Below are positions 57,405 to 64,000 of a stretch of DNA of 64,000 nucleotides, in pieces. The DNA lies in the NCBI GenBank assembly GCA_023139105.1, contig JAGLOF010000089.1:1807-65806 (forward strand). The letters are read 5' to 3'. The notes beneath the pieces are model-generated. The model saw nothing but the letters and a program-made list of their open reading frames with translations. It was not told the origin of the DNA and searched no databases. Both the position numbers and the translations under genes were made by a program. The stretch comes from a bacterium (GTDB taxonomy: Bacteria > Zhuqueibacterota > QNDG01 > JAGLOF01). Each line of letters opens with the position of its first letter. Position 1 is the first letter of the stretch.

Positions 57405-59180
57405 CTATTTGATGCGCTCAATTGCGTTCACGGGGCAGACCTGGGCACAGACAGAACATCCTGTACATAGAGCGGAATCTATTTGTGATTTAGTCAGGCC
57501 TTTGGCGGTTTTTTGATCCGATTCACTGATAGCGGGACAACTTACCTTGAAACAGGCATGGCATCCGATACATTTGTCATGATCAACAGCGAATGGTGTT
57601 TCTTGTACTAATTTACGATTTTCCGCCGGATAAAGTGCACAGGGACGATTGGTAATAATTACTGAAAGTTCATCTGATTCCATTGCCTCTTTCAGTGTAG
57701 ATCTTGTCTGTTCCAGATTATATGGGTCAATAACCTTAATATTGTCGGCACCAACTGCCTGACATATCTTGGCCAGATTTACTTTATAACCTTGGGCACC
57801 TGTAAGTGTTTCGCCTGAACCGGGATGTTGCTGGCCGCCTGTCATAGCTGTAATACTATTATCTGCAATTACCACAGTAATACCGGCTTTGTCATTAACG
57901 GCATTCAGCAAACCTGTAATACCGGAATGCAGGAATGTTGAGTCACCAATTGTTGCAACAATACCTTTACCGCTTTTACGAGCCTTGGCCATACCAACGC
58001 CGACACCGATAGAAGCACCCATCTCAACACATGTATCGCCTGCACCCAGAGGTTCCAGACAACCCAGTGTGTAACAACCTATATCAGTAGTAACAACAGC
58101 CTTATTCTTACGAAGTGAGTGATATAATCCACGATGCGGGCACCCCGGACAGAAAATTGGTGGCCGCGGAATTACAGACTCTTTTTCTTTAGGATTATAA
58201 GGAGATTTAAATACACCCGCTTTTTCAAGACCTGCCGCTACTATCTCAGGAGTAAGTTCACCCAGGTTGGACCAGAATTTCATGCCCTCACATTCAATTC
58301 CCTCAATTTTAAGGAGATTTTCGATGAAGGGTTCCAGTTCCTCAATGACGAATAATTTATCAACTGATTTTGCAAAATCTTTTATCATGTTTATTGGCAA
58401 GGGATAAGTCATTCCCAATTTTAATACAGAAGCATCGGGCATAACTTCTTTAACAAAATTATATGTTGCACCATGCGTAATAATACCAATACCGTTACTG
58501 CCTTTTTCAATTCGATTTAAAGGCGTTGTCTCGGCCCACTCTTTAATCCTGGCAATTCGAGCCATAACTTTCGGATGCATCTCTCTTCCATGAGAGGGTA
58601 GAACAACAAATTTCTTGGGATTAGGTTTAAATCCGGTGATCGGATATTGAGTACGCTCACCAAGCTCAACAATAGATTTTCCATGGCATACACGAGTTGT
58701 CAATCTATACATTACCGGCGTATCAAATTCGATAGAGAGATCAAGACCAAGTCCAACAAAATCTTTAGCCTCTTGGCTGTCTGACGGTTCGATACAGGGG
58801 TACTCGGCAAATTTAGCATAGTATCTGTTATCCTGCTCATTCTGTGAAGAATGCATGCCGGGATCATCTGCAGTTACAACTAAAAAACCACCGGGTGCGC
58901 CAATAAATGACATTGACATGAATGCATCGGCGGCCACATTGAGGCCTACATGTTTCATGGCTACCAATGTACGTGCACCTTCAAATGTAGCACCCATGGC
59001 TACTTCAAAAGCTACTTTTTCGTTGGGAGACCATTCACTGTATATCTCAGGATATTTGGAGACATTCTCAAGTATTTCTGTACTCGGTGTCCCCGGATAG
59101 GCTGTTGCTATATGCAGACCATGTTCATAACAACCACGGGCAACAGCTTCATTACCGGAAAAAATCATTTTTTTCTTCAT
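57405..59180 (-). CDS. iorA: Indolepyruvate:ferredoxin oxidoreductase alpha subunit (TPP + two [4Fe-4S] motifs)
   Basis: N-terminal MIFSGNEAVARGCYEHG...YPGTPSTE; C-terminal CIGCHACFKVSCP and CTGCSVCAQVCP. Confidence 0.85.
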   Translation of the reverse strand: MKKKMIFSGNEAVARGCYEHGLHIATAYPGTPSTEILENVSKYPEIYSEWSPNEKVAFEVAMGATFEGARTLVAMKHVGLNVAADAFMSMSFIGAPGGFLVVTADDPGMHSSQNEQDNRYYAKFAEYPCIEPSDSQEAKDFVGLGLDLSIEFDTPVMYRLTTRVCHGKSIVELGERTQYPITGFKPNPKKFVVLPSHGREMHPKVMARIARIKEWAETTPLNRIEKGSNGIGIITHGATYNFVKEVMPDASVLKLGMTYPLPINMIKDFAKSVDKLFVIEELEPFIENLLKIEGIECEGMKFWSNLGELTPEIVAAGLEKAGVFKSPYNPKEKESVIPRPPIFCPGCPHRGLYHSLRKNKAVVTTDIGCYTLGCLEPLGAGDTCVEMGASIGVGVGMAKARKSGKGIVATIGDSTFLHSGITGLLNAVNDKAGITVVIADNSITAMTGGQQHPGSGETLTGAQGYKVNLAKICQAVGADNIKVIDPYNLEQTRSTLKEAMESDELSVIITNRPCALYPAENRKLVQETPFAVDHDKCIGCHACFKVSCPAISESDQKTAKGLTKSQIDSALCTGCSVCAQVCPVNAIERIK

Positions 59181-59193
59181 ATATTCTCCATCA

Positions 59194-60282
59194 CTAGTTA
59201 CCTGAAAGACGTTTTAACGCTTTTTTGGCGACTTTATTGTCTTTGTTAATCGATAATGCCAGTTGAAATGCCTGTCTGGCTTCATCGACGCGTTTCGATT
59301 GCTCAAGAATCTGGCCCCTGCGAACTTGAGACCATGTGCGATATGTAGTATTCAGATCATCAATACGATACAATTTGTCCAGTGCGCAAAGACCATCTTC
59401 CCCATATTCAGAAGATATCGCCGCCACCTTACCGATTTGGTAGAGTGCTGTCACATTATCCGGCTCATAGTTCAAAGCAGTTTTAAATGCGACTATAGAA
59501 TCGTCATATTTTTCCTGAATGATTGTCAAATGACCCATTTGAATCCATGCATCTACAATTGTTGAGTCAATTGCAAGCATATCTCTCAGAATCATTGTAG
59601 CATCATTATGACGATCTTGTCCGGACAACCAGTTCTGATACCAAAAATAATGCTGTATCGAATCAGGCATCTCGGAAATAGAAATTCTATATTCATTTTC
59701 AGCATCTTCGTGACACTGATCCTTCATATAACACATTGCCAAAACATGATGTCCACGCATGCGATTTCGTTCCATGATGGCCTGAGCCTGTTGATAGGCC
59801 TCAGCTTTATCTCCTCCCATTATCCCAGGTGCGAACAGATGAAACTGCATTAACACCTGCCGGGCGGCGATATGGTCGGGATTCAACTGAATGGCCCTTT
59901 CCACAGCAGCCTTCATCTTTTTGGCGTATCCCGCTTTCTTAAGCAATCCGGCTTGTTGAGCACGCAGACCATAGGCAAGAGCAGCCGTATATTGATATTC
60001 GGCATTGTCTTCATCATTTGCCACCAACTTTTCAACAATTTTAACGGCATCTTTATCCTCTTCCAAATTAATATAGCAAAGAGTCAGATACCGTAATGCC
60101 TCAACATCTGTTGGATGGGAGTCGATGTGATTTTTTAATTCAGCTGCGGCTTCTCTGTATTTACCGGTCTCGTAGAGACTGATTCCGGAACGACTATTTG
60201 AATCGTCAACATCTCCGGAAAGGGGGTAAATCATAACAAAAAAGAAGACTACCAGCGTTAATTTGTTCATCAACCTGAACAT
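59194..60282 (-). CDS. Secreted TPR-repeat protein
   Basis: Signal peptide followed by multiple TPR-like helical repeats. Confidence 0.7.
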   Translation of the reverse strand: MFRLMNKLTLVVFFFVMIYPLSGDVDDSNSRSGISLYETGKYREAAAELKNHIDSHPTDVEALRYLTLCYINLEEDKDAVKIVEKLVANDEDNAEYQYTAALAYGLRAQQAGLLKKAGYAKKMKAAVERAIQLNPDHIAARQVLMQFHLFAPGIMGGDKAEAYQQAQAIMERNRMRGHHVLAMCYMKDQCHEDAENEYRISISEMPDSIQHYFWYQNWLSGQDRHNDATMILRDMLAIDSTIVDAWIQMGHLTIIQEKYDDSIVAFKTALNYEPDNVTALYQIGKVAAISSEYGEDGLCALDKLYRIDDLNTTYRTWSQVRRGQILEQSKRVDEARQAFQLALSINKDNKVAKKALKRLSGN

Positions 60283-60334
60283 TGGGCGTGCCTCAATTTA
60301 TTAACAAGACAGTGATGATTTATAACCACGAAGG

Positions 60335-60364
60335 ACACGGAGCGTAAATTCTGGCTCCGTGTCA
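60335..60364. other. Perfect 10-bp GC-rich stem-loop GACACGGAGC-(10 nt)-GCTCCGTGTC downstream of porB, no U-tract on either strand
   Basis: Read directly from the sequence. Confidence 0.5.
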
Positions 60365-60400
60365 CTAAGTAGATATTCTATTTATGTTAGTTGATTCTTC

Positions 60401-61312
60401 TTAAGCACTTTCGCCAAAAGCGGCTTCAAGCTTTTCCAGCCGTTTATAGCTTTTGTTTACCATGCTCTGAATATACTCCAGCTCATCTTCAGGCAGGTGA
60501 CGGAAACGTCCCTGAGCACGTAGATATTCGGCGACCGGTTTTACATTCTTAATTTTCTTGTTGATTTTGTACACACCGTTCTCAACTTCATAAATCGGGA
60601 AGGTGTTGGTTTCAGTGGCCAGTCTTGCAATTTTTACCGTTTTATCCGGTCCATGCTTCCAACCTGTAGGACATGGTGCAAAAAGATGAATAAATTTTGC
60701 ACCTTTTATAGACTTGGCCTTCTGCAGTTTTTTGATAAAATCTTCAGGATAAGCAATATTAGCCGTTGCACAATATGGAATGTGATGCGCTACAATAATT
60801 TCCATAATGTTCTTCTTCTGACCCTTACGGTAATGTTTAACAGGTGTAGTTGTTGTCCATGCACCGTGTGGTGTAGAAGATGAACGCTGAATACCCGTAT
60901 TCATATAGGCTTCATTATCATATACTACATATATCATATTTTCATTGCGCTCTACGGCACCGGAGAGTGCCTGCAAACCAATATCAAAAGTACCACCGTC
61001 ACCGGCCCATGCCAGTGTAGTTATATCATCCTTACCCAAGCTCTTCAATGCATTGGTAATGCCACTTGCTGTAGCAGCGGCAGCCTCAAATGCCGACTGC
61101 TGAAGCGGCACGCCAACAGCACTATATGGGAAAGGACCGTCAATAACCGCCCAGCAGCATGCGGGAACGGATAAAATTGTTTTCCTGCCCAATGCTTTCA
61201 GGGCATATCTCATCGCCATAGACGCACCGCATCCCTGGCAGGCTAAATGCCCGGGTGACATCACTTCATTCTCAGGCAGCGTCAAGCGGACTTTTTTAGT
61301 CTCTGCACTCAT
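60401..61312 (-). CDS. porB: 2-oxoacid:ferredoxin oxidoreductase beta subunit (TPP-binding)
   Basis: CQGCG...; GDG TPP motif (AWAGDGGTFDIG). Confidence 0.88.
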   Translation of the reverse strand: MSAETKKVRLTLPENEVMSPGHLACQGCGASMAMRYALKALGRKTILSVPACCWAVIDGPFPYSAVGVPLQQSAFEAAAATASGITNALKSLGKDDITTLAWAGDGGTFDIGLQALSGAVERNENMIYVVYDNEAYMNTGIQRSSSTPHGAWTTTTPVKHYRKGQKKNIMEIIVAHHIPYCATANIAYPEDFIKKLQKAKSIKGAKFIHLFAPCPTGWKHGPDKTVKIARLATETNTFPIYEVENGVYKINKKIKNVKPVAEYLRAQGRFRHLPEDELEYIQSMVNKSYKRLEKLEAAFGESA

Positions 61313-62457
61313 TCTTTAACTCCTATCCAAATGAGATTTGATGGATCTTCCGCCTGCATTTTATCAACCATAGACTCAATATCTTTGATAGATACATCAC
61401 GCCCGCCTAAACCTGCAATAAAACCATAAAGGGGAACTGTTTCACCATACATGGCAGCCTTGGTTTCAGTAAAGAATGCACCCTCGTGACCAAAGGAGAT
61501 CATCCTGTCAATCACGCCTACTTTAATGGCGTTCTTAAGAATGGAGCGAACTTCTTCAGATGGAAATGGACGGAAATATCTTATTTTCAATGCACCGGCT
61601 TTTATACCTTTGTCACGCATGCGATCAACTGCATCCATGGTAGTTCCTGCGATAGTACCATAGGTTACTAATAGATATTCTGCATCATCACAGCGATATG
61701 ATTCTGTCATGCCGTATTCACGACCAAACTCTTTGGCAAACTGAGCATGCACTTCAGGAATAATCTGTTTAGCAGCTTCATGCGCCTTATGCATCTTATA
61801 TGAGAACTCATAATAATGATCAGGCGAGGTCAATGATCCGAAAGAACGAGGATTATCAATATCCAGCTTGTATTCCGGTGCATAAGTCGGCAAAAACGCA
61901 TCAACTCGATCCTGGTCAATCATGTCTACAACCTGAGATGTATGAGAAAGAAAAAATGCATCCAGGTTGACCAGTGTCGGAAGTAAAATATCTGCATGTT
62001 CGCTGATTTTATATGCCATCAAGGTTGTGTCATATACTTCCTGGTTATTCTCACAGTATACCTGCATCCAACCGGTATCGCGCTGAGAGACAGAATCTGT
62101 TGCATCGGCCCATATTGACCATCCGGGGCCCAGAGCACGGTTTACATTGGTCATAACAATAGGCAGCCTTGCACGGGCTGTCCAGTGAATCAACTCATGC
62201 ATCAACGCAAGACCTTGAGAAGATGTAGCCGTATAAGTACGTGCACCTGCAGATTGAGCACCAATACAAGCTGCTAATGCTGAATGTTCGGATTCAACTT
62301 TAATGAATTCCGCATTAAGTTCACCGTTTGCCACTATTTCAGAGAGAATCTCTACAATAGTAGTCTGCGGTGTAATGGGATAAGCTGCAACCACGTTGAC
62401 CTTTGCGGCCGTGGCACCATAGGCAGCAGCGTAATTACCTGTTAAAACTCTCTTCAT
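61309..62457 (-). CDS. porA: 2-oxoacid:ferredoxin oxidoreductase alpha subunit
   Basis: POR_N + transketolase-C-like domains; 382 aa. Confidence 0.88.
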   Translation of the reverse strand: MKRVLTGNYAAAYGATAAKVNVVAAYPITPQTTIVEILSEIVANGELNAEFIKVESEHSALAACIGAQSAGARTYTATSSQGLALMHELIHWTARARLPIVMTNVNRALGPGWSIWADATDSVSQRDTGWMQVYCENNQEVYDTTLMAYKISEHADILLPTLVNLDAFFLSHTSQVVDMIDQDRVDAFLPTYAPEYKLDIDNPRSFGSLTSPDHYYEFSYKMHKAHEAAKQIIPEVHAQFAKEFGREYGMTESYRCDDAEYLLVTYGTIAGTTMDAVDRMRDKGIKAGALKIRYFRPFPSEEVRSILKNAIKVGVIDRMISFGHEGAFFTETKAAMYGETVPLYGFIAGLGGRDVSIKDIESMVDKMQAEDPSNLIWIGVKE

Positions 62458-62466
62458 GCCGCCCCC

Positions 62467-62769
62467 CTACTTACCTTCTTTTTCACTTGTGATAGCGTCA
62501 AATGGACACTCTTCTATGCAAATGCCACAACCCTTGCAATAATCATAATTTATCGTGGGTGGACTTGTTGGAAATATGGCCGGTTCCGGACAGAATTTCC
62601 AGCAGATCATACAGCTTTTACATTTTTCTTCATGAATAATAGGGCGAATAGAACGCCATGATGCCGTTTTATTGACACTCATACTACCCTGTGAGGCAGA
62701 CATTGGCGGCATATCTGAAGCACCTTCAAACACGATGGGTTTTTGATCATCTTTTTTAGTCATATGCAT
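62467..62769 (-). CDS. porD: 2-oxoacid:ferredoxin oxidoreductase delta subunit (2x[4Fe-4S] ferredoxin)
   Basis: CKSCMICWKFCP and CKGCGICIEECP. Confidence 0.88.
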   Translation of the reverse strand: MHMTKKDDQKPIVFEGASDMPPMSASQGSMSVNKTASWRSIRPIIHEEKCKSCMICWKFCPEPAIFPTSPPTINYDYCKGCGICIEECPFDAITSEKEGK

Positions 62770-62774
62770 CCCCC

Positions 62775-63329
62775 CTAACCCATCAGCTGCGCAAATGACT
62801 CTCGGGCAGCTTCAGCATTTTTTTCCTGTTTGACAGGAATCTTTTCCATAATCGATTCGGCTATAGAATCGATACCAACCAGTCCGGTAGCTTTAGCTAC
62901 AGCCCCGAGAATTGCAGTATTAACAATTGGTGCAGCCTCGCTGCCCAATCCGTGTTTTAATGCAATACTGGAACAATCCACTGTATAAACACTCGGATTC
63001 TCTGTACCCGAAAAATCAAACTCTTCGGGTTTTCGTTGAGTGTTTATGATAATCTTTCCATTGGGTTGCAAACCATCTGTCAACGGTACTGCACCAATCA
63101 ACGTAGGATCTAAAATAACAAGCACATCAGGATCATAAATATAACAATGAATCCTTATCTGATCATCACTGATGCGTGTAAATGCGGTCACAGGAGCACC
63201 GCGTCTTTCAACACCAAAGAAAGGGAAAGATTGAACCTGTTTTCCCTCTAAAAATGCGGCCATCGCCAAAACATCCGATGCTTTTACTGCTCCTTGTCCG
63301 CCTCTTCCATGAAACCTGATTTCTACCAT
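62775..63329 (-). CDS. porG: 2-oxoacid:ferredoxin oxidoreductase gamma subunit
   Basis: FHGRGGQGAVKASDVLA... Confidence 0.88.
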   Translation of the reverse strand: MVEIRFHGRGGQGAVKASDVLAMAAFLEGKQVQSFPFFGVERRGAPVTAFTRISDDQIRIHCYIYDPDVLVILDPTLIGAVPLTDGLQPNGKIIINTQRKPEEFDFSGTENPSVYTVDCSSIALKHGLGSEAAPIVNTAILGAVAKATGLVGIDSIAESIMEKIPVKQEKNAEAARESFAQLMG

Positions 63330-63453
63330 TTATTTCCTCCACTAACATGGATAATGAAAAATTGAAAGAAGCCTTACAAGTTATAGAAAATCAAAAGGAA
63401 ATTCAAGGAATATATTGGTAATAATTTTACAGAAATGCTAATGAATAACACGC

Positions 63454-63477
63454 TATTTTTCGTTATGACGAAAAATA
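63454..63477. repeat. Perfect inverted repeat TATTTTTCGT-tatg-ACGAAAAATA directly after the nadC stop, in the porG promoter region
   Basis: 10-bp arms, 4-nt spacer. Confidence 0.5.
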
Positions 63478-63478
63478 A

Positions 63479-64000
63479 TTATACAGTATGAATTTTCAGA
63501 GATAAATCAAGTGCTTTAACCGAATGAGTAAGTGCGCCAACAGAGATAAAATTAACACCTGTTTCTGCAATCTTGCGGATAGTTTCCAGATTCACATTAC
63601 CCGAAGCTTCAACTTCAGCTCTTCCTGCAATAAGGGCTACAGCTTGCGTCATCATATCAATAGACATATTGTCGAGCATAATTCGATCAGCTCCGGCATT
63701 AAGTGCATAATGTACTTCAGATATATTCCGTGTCTCAACCTCAATGGGCACGGAAATATTACGTTCTAAAAGCATTCTTCTTACACCATCAACTGCTGCT
63801 TGAATGCCGCCGGCTGCATCAATATGATTATCTTTTATCATAATCATATCATACAATCCCATACGATGGTTTGATGCACCGCCCAGACGTACGGCGTATT
63901 TTTCCAGAGCCCGAAATCCGGGAGTAGTTTTACGGGTATCGAGCACAATGGCTTCTGTCCCCTTAATCGCCTCTTTATAAATTGATGAGATAGTCGCAAT
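63479..64000 (-). CDS. nadC: Nicotinate-nucleotide pyrophosphorylase (carboxylating), 5' end beyond window
   Basis: C-terminal QPRTase TIM barrel (IMIKDNHIDAAGGI...GADRIMLDNMS). The reading frame continues in-frame to position 64000. Confidence 0.85.
   Translation of the reverse strand: MATISSIYKEAIKGTEAIVLDTRKTTPGFRALEKYAVRLGGASNHRMGLYDMIMIKDNHIDAAGGIQAAVDGVRRMLLERNISVPIEVETRNISEVHYALNAGADRIMLDNMSIDMMTQAVALIAGRAEVEASGNVNLETIRKIAETGVNFISVGALTHSVKALDLSLKIHTV

Noticed and set aside
60335-60364. GC hairpin considered as rho-independent terminator of porB
   Set aside because: No U-tract follows on either strand, so it is kept only as a stem-loop of unknown role.
1-64000. CRISPR arrays, IS elements, integrases and tRNA/rRNA genes
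   Set aside because: No regularly spaced direct repeats, transposase/integrase-like ORFs, or tRNA cloverleaf/rRNA-like conserved stretches were seen. The only mobile-element-like signal is the decayed AT-rich gap at 37.5-38.2 kb.

Overview
64-kb window, almost entirely minus-strand coding; the only plus-strand block is a TetR-regulated RND efflux operon at 24.8-31.1 kb. Gene content (RND/TolC efflux, lipoprotein signal peptides, ECF sigma/FecR) indicates a Gram-negative genome, and the 2-oxoacid:ferredoxin oxidoreductase, Ior, Buk and Ptb genes point to an anaerobic lifestyle. The taxon cannot be fixed from sequence alone; a Deltaproteobacteria-like organism is a guess. Coding sequence is moderately AT-rich, with GC-richer patches such as the membrane protein next to the PKS. 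Order from window start: (1) a signalling island transcribed on the minus strand: MCP-like -> STAS -> CheY -> CheA -> REC-REC-PAS-HisKA_2 kinase -> giant PAS/GAF hybrid kinase that runs past the window start; (2) a secreted PHB-depolymerase-family esterase, a membrane protein, a single-module type I PKS (KS-AT-KR-ACP), an Sfp-type PPTase and a secreted S9 peptidase, apparently co-operonic; (3) an N-terminally truncated oxidoreductase remnant and an aldehyde dehydrogenase; (4) TetR + RND efflux (MFP-RND-TolC) with two recognisable operators; (5) ECF sigma/FecR with an STN+TonB_C protein in place of a TonB-dependent receptor; (6) PadR + prefix-domain FtsX permease with tandem operators and an intrinsic terminator; (7) a decayed AT-rich 0.7-kb gap holding a GxxExxY gene remnant and an unannotated small ORF; (8) a NarL-type two-component system plus membrane protein; (9) PepT, small proteins and an orphan B12-activation-domain protein; (10) a membrane-spanning SbcC-like ATPase + SbcD-like phosphoesterase + NYN protein; (11) housekeeping genes (dapF, rodZ, maf, dtd, ubiA); (12) Gx transporter + NusG_II, ptb x2, buk x2, iorAB, a TPR protein, porGDAB and nadC (partial). 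No rRNA/tRNA, CRISPR, transposase or integrase was recognised. Several ORFs are truncated at the window edges and so are missing from the supplied ORF track.
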